From the sequence record LR535908.1: DNA of 64,000 nucleotides. One strand, written 5' to 3'. Shown here piece after piece: positions 36,440 to 46,519 of this stretch; the stretch's first letter is position 1; each line of letters starts with the position of its first letter. The position numbers were made by a program, and so were the translations under genes. Below the pieces are notes generated by a model. It saw nothing but the letters and a program-made list of their open reading frames with translations, was not told the origin of the DNA and searched no databases.

Positions 36440-37699
36440 TTAATGTCCCGGTAAGGTCGAGCGGGTACTGATGAATGATTTCGGCCATTGCCAAACTCCC
36501 AAAAGCCCGGTTAACTTTACCAGAACCTAACGTAATACGCCGTGTAACGGCGTTCGACGCTGGTTTATTCGCAGCTGCCAAGCGGAAGGTATCCGCGTAG
36601 AAAGCTCCGTCAGGAAAAGGATATGCAGTATGTGCAAAAATCAGTTCGTAGTCTGTGCCGCGTTTATACGGGTAGACACGAATGGCCGAGTTAGTTACCA
36701 CCACACCCATGACCACTTCGCGGTTCTTGGTCATTTTCTCTTCGACGTTCGCGGACTGAAAACCACCAACGACTTGCGCAGAGACTTCGATATCAGTAGG
36801 ATCCTTGAAGTCCACCACACGGTCTTCAATTTTCAGCGACGCGATCGCTTGTCGGATACAGATATCGCCAAGGTCTTTATACGTCGGGGCGGACGGGAAC
36901 GTATCGGGTACGTTTCGAAAGCCGGAGTTAATCGCATCTTTAATCCCCGCGAGTACGGTAATGATATACTCAAAACCGTCGAGGAAGTCGTTTCTCAGAC
37001 CGTCCAGAATACCTTTAATTTCTTCCAGCTGTACTGCAGCCTGATGAATGTCGAGATTGTGTACGTTACCTTCGGCGTTGATGTGGGTATTTAAGGCGTC
37101 AATGGCAGTCTGTACACTTTGAATCAGGGCACGAATCTCCGTCTCCGTCAGGCCATTAATGCGTTGCCCCAACGCCGTGTCTGCTGCTCTTAAGTCGCCG
37201 ATATCGTTGATAGTGGCGTTTTGAGCAACCACGTTAAGCTGGTCGTTCCACGCGGCTAACGAAGCCACAATTGCATCGATCTGTAATTGCAACACCAGAG
37301 AATTAAGGTTAGCTAATGCTAACGACATTTTCTGGTAATCAAGATCCGTGACGCGCTGATTTGTTTCATTCAGTGCAGACTGAAGATCGTTAACCATCTG
37401 ACTGTTGATTTGTCCTTGCAGGTTATCAATTTGCTGTTGGAAGTCTTTGCCCTGATTCTTCGCCAGATTCTGGTTTGCCTGCGAAATTGCGTTGGTGTTG
37501 TTTATAACCTGAGTTTTAACAACACCTCCATACTGTTTATGGAGGTAATTCGGGTGTGGGTTATCCGCAGCCGCATGGTCTTCAGCTTGAACATCGTCGC
37601 GCGAGGTGAGGTTGTTGTTGACGTGAACAGCAGCCTGCAGAACGAGCGGACTATGTCCATAAACATAGTCCGGCTCGTAAACAAGTTACTTAGTACCCG
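36440..37699 (-). CDS. Short tail-fibre-like protein 4, 400 aa (anchor domain + coiled coil, no obvious tip domain)
   Basis: RBS GGAG + ATG 36488: MAEIIHQYPLDLTGTL...FPDGAFYADTF...YKRGTDYELIFAH, long heptad region, NHAAADNPHPNYLHKQY, ends ...DVQAEAGTK*. Confidence 0.75.
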
Positions 37700-38119
37700 A
37701 TCTGGACGCGGTTTCTGACGTCTTTAATAGATATCGCCATTACGCTTCCTTAAAAAGTATGGGCTTTAGAGGCCACTTGCGCCTCGATGCGGGGGCCTGT
37801 CGCCATGTTAGCTTCGACTCATGTCCCGCCGCAATCTAGCTGTGCTTTCGTCCAACCCCCAAATCGGTCTGCTGCATTAGAACAGCTTCCTGAACAGCTC
37901 GAACAGCCATGCGAGCAACCGTTAGAGCACGTCCAAGAACCAGAGCAACCAGAACAGTTACCGCCACACGTCGAAGAACAGCTACCGATACAAGAAGCAG
38001 AGCCGCCGCAACCACCTGAACAGTTACCGGTACAGCTACTACTGCAACCACCAGAACAAAATCCCCCTTAGCGACCTGAACAGCCGCCGGAGCAGGCCCC
38101 GGAGCAGTTTGCGGAACAA
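37700..38119 (-). CDS. CXXX-repeat Cys/Ser/Gly-rich precursor peptide 1 (130 aa, 21 Cys); putative radical SAM substrate
   Basis: RBS AAGGA + ATG 37740: MAISIKDVRNRVQIVEANMATGPRIEAQVASKAHNAADRFGGWTKAQLDCGGTCSWTCSNGCSHGCSSCSGSCSASCIGSCSSTCGGNCSGCSGCSGGCSSSCTGNCSGGCGGSCSANCSGACSGGCSGR*. Absent from the ORF track. Confidence 0.85.
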
Positions 38120-38539
38120 AAGCGTTTGCATCGATCGTGTTTAATCGGTTATTCAGTTCTTTTAATCCAATTGCCATTTAGTCGGCGTTATTCGTAGCTT
38201 TATTGCGAATGTAGTTTTGCACATTCGTGGTGTTCTTTAAGCAACTAAAAGAGCATGTGCCACCACAGTCATAGTGCGAACGGCCTTGACCTGCGAACAC
38301 GGAACAAGTCGACCCACAACCACCCGTAGCAGACCCAGTACACCCGCCAGAACAACTCGCACCAGAACATGAAGAGCTGCAACCCGTACAGCTGCTGCTA
38401 CAGCCCGATACACAGTTTGTTGCGGAGCAGGATTTGCCACAGCCGCCAGAGCAGTTACCAGTACACGTTCCGCTACAACATCACATAAGCCTCCGTCAGT
38501 TAGGACCTGAACAACCACCAGAACACGCGCCGGAGCAGT
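38120..38539 (-). CDS. CXXX-repeat precursor peptide 2 (133 aa, 20 Cys)
   Basis: ATG 38177: MAIGLKELNNRLNTIDANALKNTTNVQNYIRNKATNNADLFAGQGRSHYDCGGTCSFSCSSCSGGCTGSATGGCGSTCSANCVSGCSSSCTGCSSSCSGGCSGTCTGNCSGGCGKSCSANCSGACSGGCSGPN*. Confidence 0.85.
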
Positions 38540-38779
38540 TGTGCGGTTGTAATGTAACCTTCTACCGTAACGAGACGGTTTCGAATAGTCTTGAGACTGA
38601 AGCCAGCCAGGTTATTTGTGGTCGACACGGTGCCCTGGTTAGCGATATAGTTGTTTGCCCTACAGCTTCCGCTGCAGGACCAGCTACACCCACCATTACA
38701 GTTATAGTGAGAAAGCGGTGCAAATCGTTTTTCATTTAATACTCCGAACGTTTTCTGTTATCGATTCCCCGCTCCACGG
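38480..38779 (-). CDS. Short CXXX precursor peptide 3 (68 aa, 4 Cys)
   Basis: RBS GGAGG + GTG 38484: MISLKTIRNRLVTVEGYITTAQANNYIANQGTVSTTNNLAGLPLSHYNCNGGCSWSCSGSCSRGAGNR*. Confidence 0.75.
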
Positions 38780-39679
38780 GCACTGAATCTGGGGAAGATA
38801 GATGCAGCGGGTGGTTGAATGTGGTTTTATACGCAAGATCCTTTGGCCACTCACCAGGAATCTGTGCAATCAGTCTGACTTTGTCAGCGAGGTGTGCACG
38901 GATCTTAAACGTATTTTCTACGGTGTAGTTCTTCTTGTCGGTCAAGAAGCGACCACGAAACACGCCACGAGAGTTACCATCGCCGTTAAAGATAACGATG
39001 GCCTCTGCAACCATATCACGTTCTAAATCGACGCTGTTGTTCAAAATCCCTTCACTGAAGAAATACTTACCGTCGACTAGACTCCACCAACGGCGCGCCA
39101 TCGGTTTTGCTTCCAGTTCGTCAAACGGTGTAAACATCAACGTTTCCGTATCGGCAGGTACCAGTACAAAGTAGTAAGGGAACGAGCCCAGATAGTCCGA
39201 ACGGGTGATGCCGAGTTCTTTATACCCCTCGATATCGATGTATGGTTCGGTGTCGAAATACCAGACAGAACGCTTTTTATCCCACACGAACTTATAGCTA
39301 TACGCCATCATGTCCGCTAGATGTTGCATCCACGGTTTACGAATACGTTTGGTGATTTCGAAATCGTCAGTCAGTGCATTTACCAGCTTACTCAAATCCG
39401 CTTCCGTCGCCGGATAATCCCCATATCGGGTTTGAACCAGAATCTCAGAAACAGCTTCTGCTTCTTCTTTCGTTAAATCCACCTTCGTTAAGAGGAAACT
39501 CAGGTCGGCGTGTCTTTCGTTCAGACGTTTCAAATCGGCCAACGTTACCGAACGACCACCGTCTACGTTAGCGCCAGGCACCAGTAGCATCGGGTCGTGA
39601 TAGGCAGCTAAAATTTTGTTGTCATTGCAGGTTGCTCCAGTATATTTTTAAATATAATCAATGGCGAATAAAGGATCTT
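38720..39679 (-). CDS. Hypothetical protein, 295 aa, inside the radical SAM cluster
   Basis: RBS GGAG + ATG 38735 (MKNDL.LAYKTTFNHPLHLSS...), ends DPLFAIDYI*. Confidence 0.65.
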
Positions 39680-40639
39680 AACCGACAGAATTGACGGTTT
39701 GTCGTACAGTTCAGACGAGATCCTGGATTCTACTTGATCATCCATGTAATAAGCCCCTCCACAGAAGCTACAGTCTAAGTTACACTTAGAAGTTGCGACA
39801 TTCTTCTCTAAAATCGAGAGAATCTCTTCACGTTGAAACTCACGAGAAGTATCTTCTCTAATCTTGCGCTGCGCTAACAGCGGCTCACCGCCCGTCCAAT
39901 GAATCTCACCGATATCCGGGGTGTACATGTGATGACGGAGGTTCGGATGAGACTCCTTCAACTCGTTCACGAAGTCTTCAAAGATAAGGTCGAACTGTTT
40001 CAGCAACGGCAGATGTGATTTACGCATCTTTAAACCGTTACCACCGTTTACAAAGTTCATAAACGGACGTTCCGACTTCTTGTAGCCGTCAATGGACACC
40101 ATCACACCCCAGGTGTAATAGTTGTCCAGCTCGTACAGCACTTCCAGCGCTTCGTGATTTGCTCGGTGCAGCTCGATGAAATCTTCGTACCAGCGTTTAT
40201 CACCTAACTGGTCACGCGTCGGTTTCGGCATCATCGCATCAAACAACAACGACACACCACCTGGACGGTAATGATAGATGATATTGTCGAGTATTTTCCA
40301 ATACCCGTACATGAAGTTCATGACGTGGTCTGGCGATAAATCGAACATTTTACTGATTGCAAGCCCACATTCAGAATCGTTCTGCATGTTAAGGCGTTCT
40401 TGCTCCTGCGTACCGTCGGCGTTAAGCCACAGCACTTCACTGCACGTGTTGCACTCGGTGCCGATAGAACGCGCCAGGCGATTACAGCCGACTTCCAATA
40501 TCTCTGGGGCGTTCTGAATGTTCGCCGCCCGTTTACGCTTAGCAGAAATTACACGGTTGATGTAGTTATACGCATCAACTTAGTCACAACCTGATACGTG
40601 CGTGGTGTGTACTGGATTTGCTGTTCGCTATTACTCATT
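39620..40639 (-). CDS. Radical SAM enzyme 1, 304 aa
   Basis: ATG 39625; VVATSKCNLDCSFCGG (CxxxCxxC), IHWTGGEPLL, MYTNGL, FVSIDG; four further Cys near the C-terminus (ECG...TECNTC...GCN). Confidence 0.93.
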
Positions 40640-41959
40640 TTGTTGTTACGCGGATATTTACGCTCGTAGCAGTATTCGCAGTCCAGGTTACATGACAGGT
40701 TCGGGATATCTTTATCACGCTCGAAACAAGCGTGGATAAAATCAATCACGTCTGCTACTAAAAGAAGTTTAGGCTGCATGAACGGCTCACCACCGATGAT
40801 ATCGATGATGACTTCAACGCTGAACATATACGGGCGATTGTGTTCTGCGCATAACTTCTCTGCGGTTTCAAAGGCCGCCCAGCGCTCGATAATTTCTTTG
40901 TTCAGCGGACGGTCCAGAAGCGTACCGTTCGTGGAGATATATTTGTCATGGACTTCAGGTAAACCATCGATGGAGACCCCAATAGACAGTTTGTCTTTCT
41001 AATTGTAACCGCGTACCGCAGCTTCGTACGACCCTTCACGCGTCGTGGTAAAGATACGAAATGTATCGATCGTAAACGTCGCCTTTACGCCCAGCTCAGC
41101 GATGCCAACACTCTTCAGGGAAATGGTACCACCGCCGGACATGTCAATTAACGATTTCATGCTGGCGGCATAGTGCGGCTGGTTCGCGATATCCAACGCC
41201 ATATGGCGCGGCAGGATATCTTCGTACGTTACGTTACCAGTGTTACGCGGGTTGGTGTGCAGACCCTTCTCAATCCAGTAGTCCATCACGTCCATCATCC
41301 GCCAATCCGGGTCCCAAGTTGCCATAAAGTTCAGGCCATCCGGGATGATGTGCGTAATCCAGTACGGTTTCAGGCGTTCTGGGTCGAGACGAACAGAGTC
41401 GTCATGTAAGAGTTTGTCACGGTTACAACCGTAAATCTTGCGATCAAAGCCGAGACAGGTCATGTGCGTCAACGTACCGACAAACTCACGACCGACCAGT
41501 TCTGCTACAGCAGAACGGGAAGTTACCGTGGACATGAAATCTGGGTAGTTGGTGTACTGCGTTTGAATCTCTTCTAACAGCTTACCACCGTCCAGGCTCT
41601 CGTACGATGCTGCTGCGCAGCTACCGCAGCTGTGTTTCATCGGACACCCTAAACAGGTTCCACACTGACGACGCTCGGCGTGATACGCTTTACGGTCTTC
41701 CAGTGTACCTTCACCGTTTCGAGTCGTACCAGTTTTCTGATACCAATATTCCGCCGCCATCAGCTTCGCAGTAGTCCAAGCACGTTGGCGTACACAACGT
41801 GAACAATAGCACATGGATTTATCATGCAAATCTGATGCGTAAAATTGTGAATCAGTATTGACTTCATTCTGGGCTCCGTTTTGTAATTTTTCTGCTTCAG
41901 CACATTGTACAGCTTGCTTTTGCGCAGGAAGCGATCGACCAAGTGCAGTTTACGCTTCG
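40580..41959 (-). CDS. Radical SAM/SPASM peptide-maturase-like enzyme 2, 442 aa (track ORFs 40549 and 40999 are one gene)
   Basis: ATG 40638; YQVVTNLSCNLDCEYCYE, IIGGEPF, SISTNGTLL, GVSIDGLPEVHDKYR, SPASM PYCGTLTHMTCLGFDRKIYGCNRF...TCLGCPMKHSCGSCAAASYE...RQCGW. Confidence 0.93.
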
Positions 41960-42439
41960 CGTATTTAATCAACAGGCTTTGGATTTCATCAGTGAAGTCT
42001 TCCCCTGCCACAATTGCGTTTTCCGCGACAGACTCGTGTCCTTTCTCAACGCAGTAGACCGGGATCATCACATTCAGCCCGATTTTGTGGCGTGGGTATG
42101 CAAGCAGTCGCTTCTCAAAGCCAGGGTTGCGCTTTTCGAACAAGCCCAACGCCACTAAACTTTCAGGACTGGCTTCATCAATAGAGTGACGTAGCAGTTT
42201 GTAATAAGCGTCAACCGGGTTATTGGAGCGTAAGTTACGAATACGCATCCGCGGGAATGTGTGTTGCTCTTCTTCTTCCAACTGCGGGAGCAGGTGTTCT
42301 TCGAAGATTTGACGCTCTGAACCGAAGTCCAGCATCTGGAAGTCCTGATCGAGGTTACCGGCCCACAACAGAGAAATGTGTTAAGCTTTTGTCAGTAACA
42401 GACATTCGTCCTCCTCAATCAGGCCAAGTTCTAACAACA
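41840..42439 (-). CDS. Hypothetical protein, 188 aa, overlapping the rSAM2 3' end
   Basis: RBS GGAG + ATG 41867 (MKSILIHNFTKRKLHLVDRF...). Confidence 0.6.
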
Positions 42440-43099
42440 TTACCGTGACGATCAATCGGCAAATCACGCTGGAAATAACGGGCGCGGATCTCTTCGTTCT
42501 GGAGTAATGCACAAAATCCGGTACGGCCCTGATCCTGCGCACCGATTCGTTCCATGAAATCATACAGCTTCATGCGTGCCAGGGCTTCTTTATCAGACAT
42601 CCCTTCGATGAGATGGTAAACATTAGCAATAAACTCTTTCGTGCGTTTCAATGTGAAGTTAGCTTCAATCTCCGACATCTAAATGTAACGTGCGGTAGAT
42701 TTCAGATTCCCGCGAATTTCGTCGAGGTCAATCTCCAGCCCATGGCGCTCATCTTCGTAGCGGTGGTCGAGTTCCAACAGCATCTTCTGCACGTCTTCGC
42801 CGAGGATGGTACGCGACGATTCATCGGCTTGAAAGTGACTACCTTCAAACTCGATATAATGCTTAGTATTCAGCGTATCGAGCCAGTATTCTGGTGCGGT
42901 ATCTGCCTGAATGTATTGATGGTCACGTGCAACAATAGCGGCCAGCAACGCTTTACATTGGGCTACTGTAAACGGACTGCGCTTTTCAGCTAACTCACGG
43001 ATTTGGCGTTTGTTATCTGCCATTGCTGAGTGCAACACTTTTATTTTCTTTGCTTACATGCCGAGTGACTCGGACAATGTTTTTAATCCAGTGTAATCG
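42380..43099 (-). CDS. DUF4376-like tail-fibre assembly/associated protein, 223 aa (two track ORFs are one gene)
   Basis: RBS GAGGAG + ATG 42405; C-terminal IEFEGSHFQADESSRTILG...EYWLDTLNTKH.PFTVAQCKALLAAIVARD..LHSAMADNKRQIRE fits the DUF4376 pattern (G..F..D..S...W....N....T..Q...L..A.......K..I). Confidence 0.7.
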
Positions 43100-43159
43100 A
43101 CTTAGTAGTTTCTAAGAAATAAATAAAAGGTACCTACCTCCCTTCGGGGAGGTAGGGCC
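43040..43159. terminator. Bidirectional terminator closing the fibre/rSAM operon
   Basis: CCTACCTCCC-TTCG-GGGAGGTAGG (43133-43156); the T tract is supplied by block 43040 after reordering. Confidence 0.85.
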
Positions 43160-43699
43160 TCGTTAAAACTGACCTGAGCACCACCAACGGTGAACTGGAC
43201 GGATTCGTTTAACAAAACAAAGAAGGCCACATTAAATACCAACCTGCCAGCCTTGCAGTTTATACTGTAACGCAGCCAAAACTCACCATTTCACGCGAGG
43301 ACGGCGACAGTGGTGAGAAAATCATCACTGTTATGGTGACTTTTGTCAACGCAGATCTAATTGCCGCCGGTAAAACGGAAGATGCGTTTGCATTGTCTGT
43401 CGGTGCGAAAGCAGTTACCGCTGACCAGGCAGAATGGGATACCGATGAAGAAGTGCTTGCCGCTAACTTTACTGGCGAGAAAGAGCTGCATTATACCCGC
43501 CTCGATTCATCGAACATCACACCAGCAGATTCTGGAGACACTCGCAACTCCAAACTCACCATCACTGCCACCGCGGAATGCGGACTGTCTAGTCCGTTAA
43601 CTTCTGCTGACGTTACATTCGGCGCTGTTGCTGACTATTCAACCATGGCAGTCATCTCTGCAAAAGACCAACTCGTTGCGCTGTTTAATGCTGCAAACA
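43160..43699 (+). CDS. Virion protein of the LxN..N/RN(T/S)/Y.RL paralog family, ~175 aa
   Basis: MAVISAKDQLVALFNAANSGLSSPLTSADVTFGAV...RNSKLTITAT...FTGEKELHYTRLD...LSTTNGELDGFV*; ATG 43645. Confidence 0.7.
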
Positions 43700-43759
43700 A
43701 AGCCCACTATGTTGTTTTTAGAACGATTTAGTATGCACCACAAACCTACTATAAGGAAA

Positions 43760-44359
43760 ATAGAGTACCTTTCAGTGGTAAAAAATTTCTCGTTTAACAG
43801 CCAACTTTACTGCCATATTGGCGACTGAACACAACCGGCCAACAGGTTTATAATCGCGAATACGATAAATAGACGTTTCGTATAAATCACCAAGTCGTGA
43901 TTCTTTACTGGTGTGGCGCTAAATTGTCCTATGTTGCTTATTTGTAGGTTGTCCAGTACCGGACGGTAGTCTACAAACTTCTCCTGCGTCCCTGTGCATC
44001 CGTCCCACGCTGCTACCCAGTTTGCACCCACATCCATTACTGTTACTGACCGCGGCATCACATTCCCGTCGATTTTGCCAATTGTATCTTTAAACATCAT
44101 CGGTGACTCTAGTTTGCCAGTGGGGCTATCGTTTACGGTTTTATTAATACGGTAATAACGCTCACCTGTGGTGGTGTTACGAAAGAATGTCATCCCTTTA
44201 CCTTCGCCGGTATACGGGTTCACATCCGAAAAAGAGTAATCTTCTAACGGAACAATCGTAATCGGAGTAGGAACTTCACCGATAAACCCGCTGCTGCAGA
44301 GAGGGTAAATAAAGCCCTTACCCACTCCCCTTACGGGAGTGGGTAAACACTATTTATTT
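43760..44359 (-). CDS. Lipoprotein, 163 aa
   Basis: The start codon itself is split by a junction (AT at 43761-43760 + G at 43879): MKRLFIVFAIINLLAGC, lipobox LAGC. Confidence 0.75.
44318..44346. terminator. Bidirectional terminator
   Basis: TTACCCACTCCC-CTTAC-GGGAGTGGGTAA between convergent genes. Confidence 0.85.
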
Positions 44360-44419
44360 AGTAATATCATTTATCATTTGATACGTTTAATGCGCGTAGA
44401 GAGCGTTACAGAGCGTTTT

Positions 44420-44959
44420 GTTAAGCAACAACCCATCGATTGGAGCAAGCTAGTTAAAATCTAAGCCACTTTAATCAAAGACGTACGCAACCAGCCTGAT
44501 ATCACCTTCTGGTCACCGACACGTGGTACCGTTAAAGTGAACCCTAACGAGTTTCCGTTTATTCACTTTATCGAGTGCGATATTACCTGGCTGCATGTTG
44601 CGTTTGATGCAACAATGCTTGATACTCCGTTGCAGAAAGTACACGACTATATTGCCGCGTGGCAAACTCGTGCAAACAAACTGTACGCCGAATCGGGCAG
44701 TATGCATAAATTCGGTAATCAGCGTAGTCTGCGTACCCTGCAGTTCTTTATTAATCAAGAGAAACCAAAGGGTGGGGATTCGCTCCAACAGATTCGTAAT
44801 CGTTTTGGGCGGATGGTGATTTTAACCAGTTCCCAGCAAGAATACATCGCGAAATACGGTGAAGGTGCTATTCGTTTCCTTAATCCGTTACTGCTAATCG
44901 GAGAGAAAATGTTTCATCCGAATCCTGCCAACTTCGCGTTAAAAGAGTTGATGCCGCAG
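44420..44959 (+). CDS. Hypothetical protein (~170 aa)
   Basis: ATG near 44909 (MFHPNPANFALKELMPQ), stop 44462-44464. Confidence 0.55.
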
Positions 44960-45619
44960 GGGCAACCGGTAAACGTGCAGTATTTGAATATCAAACGTGC
45001 GTTCCTGACTGCCCCTTAATTCTTTAGAACGTCGCGTACGTTAGCGATTCCTGAACACGAACGTGTTGACATTACTAATTCTAAGGTGGTTTATAGCCGG
45101 CCGGTAGAAAAGACGTTGTCCTATAATCGCAACTACCTGCGTAAGTCCTTCTACCATGCCGTTCACGAGTTTGGTTGGCCGTCCTATGTAGACGATAACA
45201 CATTCGCTGACCTGATGTTCTTACGTATCATGGAGGCATTAGGCGTTGACACCTTTATTTCATCGGTAGGCTTTTACCCTGACACTGTCGAAGGTAATCT
45301 ATCTCGTGCATGTGACAAACATCCGGATGGGCCTTGGGCCGCTGCCGCTTGTGTGCATGATTTGTTTTACCAGAAACGTGTACCGAGAGGATTTGTGACG
45401 GACCTGGCAAGCATTCCAGAAGCGTTACGTCCTATCCTGGGAATGGATGCGATGGTAGCATTAGCAGGTGTGCATCCGGATACCCCGTTATGGGTAACGA
45501 TCCTCACGGATGATTTCCATTTCGAGTTTACGTTGCGCAGCCTCTATCGTGAACAGACCATATGACGTGAGGTCAGTATGGAAGCACTTAAGTATAAGTT
45601 GTTAGAGAAGCCGTGGTTT
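44960..45619 (+). CDS. Hypothetical protein (~210 aa)
   Basis: RBS GAGGT + ATG 45578 (MEALKYKLLEKPWF), stop 45017-45019. Confidence 0.55.
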
Positions 45620-45859
45620 GGCCGAAAGGCTTAATGCCCATTTTACTGGGATTAATGGTCCTCACGATGCTCGTGCGTTAAACTATTACGCGCGATCTTC
45701 TGTCGGAGGGTAAAGCCATGCAATACGACAACGACGACTCCGCCTAAGTTCCCCGAAGTACAAACCGTTCCGGAAACGTATTACGATTCTGGGTTCTTCC
45801 TATCTGGCGCGCCCTTGTTTTTGCCGCAAGGAGAAAACGTAATGACCCACCGTCCAACT

Positions 45860-46519
45860 TACGTGGCTAAGTTGGGGATGTGCAAATGAAACAGAATTGG
45901 TTTGCTGCCTTAATGAAAGGAGGATAACGAAGAGTTTACTTACGGCTGGTATGGCCGCGTCTATCAGGAAATGCCAGACCTGATGTTCGCTTTAACCTGT
46001 CATCAGGTTGCGTATTACACGGAAATCAGTGAAGGGCGTCGTACGTTAACAGCGTTAGAAGGCTTCATCAAAGCCCGTGGGGAAGAGGGCCTGAATCGAG
46101 TATTAAACCGTCAGGGTAAACTATACGATGATATCGATGCCGATGGTGGTATCGGGCCAGATTTCGGCATTAACGCAGGACGTGGTAACTGTATCAAGTC
46201 CCTGCAACGTATTCTGAACCAGCGGATGCGTTTAGACCAGATTATGAAAATGAATGTCCTGCTAGCTGACCGAATGTTTGGGGATATGCGTGACCTGAGC
46301 TTAGAAATCGCGTTAGACATTTACAACAAGCTCTGGTGGTTGGGCAAAGCAACGAACCGCGGTGTCACCGAACTCACTGCGCGCGAATATGGCTATAAAG
46401 AGGGCATTATTCGTGCCAAAGTAAACATCGAAGCCGGTTACGTTAATAACCCGAAAGATGGCTTTCTTTTTATGACCCTATCAACTCAGGAGGTTATCGT
46501 GGTCGATCGTTGGAGTAAA
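45860..46519 (+). CDS. Endolysin, glycoside hydrolase family 108 + PG_binding_3, 205 aa
   Basis: Reordered EAGYVNNPKDLGKATNRGVT (GH108 EGGY...D.GG.T..G(I/V)T), FDFGINAGRGNCIKSLQRILN, DGGIGPRTL, EEFTYGW; ATG 46472. Confidence 0.92.

Noticed and set aside
23240-37699. Diversity-generating retroelement or invertible tail-fibre switch
   Set aside because: No reverse transcriptase, recombinase, template/variable repeat pair or inverted recombination sites were seen in the window.
37880-38539. CRISPR-like or tandem DNA repeat
   Set aside because: The periodicity comes from CXXX codon repeats with synonymous variation. There are no fixed-length identical repeats with unique spacers.
37787-38739. 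Plus-strand Pro/Glu/Gln-rich ORFs (37787-38071, 38434-38739) and minus-strand Val/Ala-rich ORFs (37836-38177, 38237-38518)
   Set aside because: They are antisense or alternative-frame shadows of the Cys-Ser-Gly repeat genes. Only the start of 37836-38177 (MAIGLK...) is real.
43094-43103. A fourth AATCGACT-like motif
   Set aside because: It is created by a block junction (43099|43100) and does not exist in native order.
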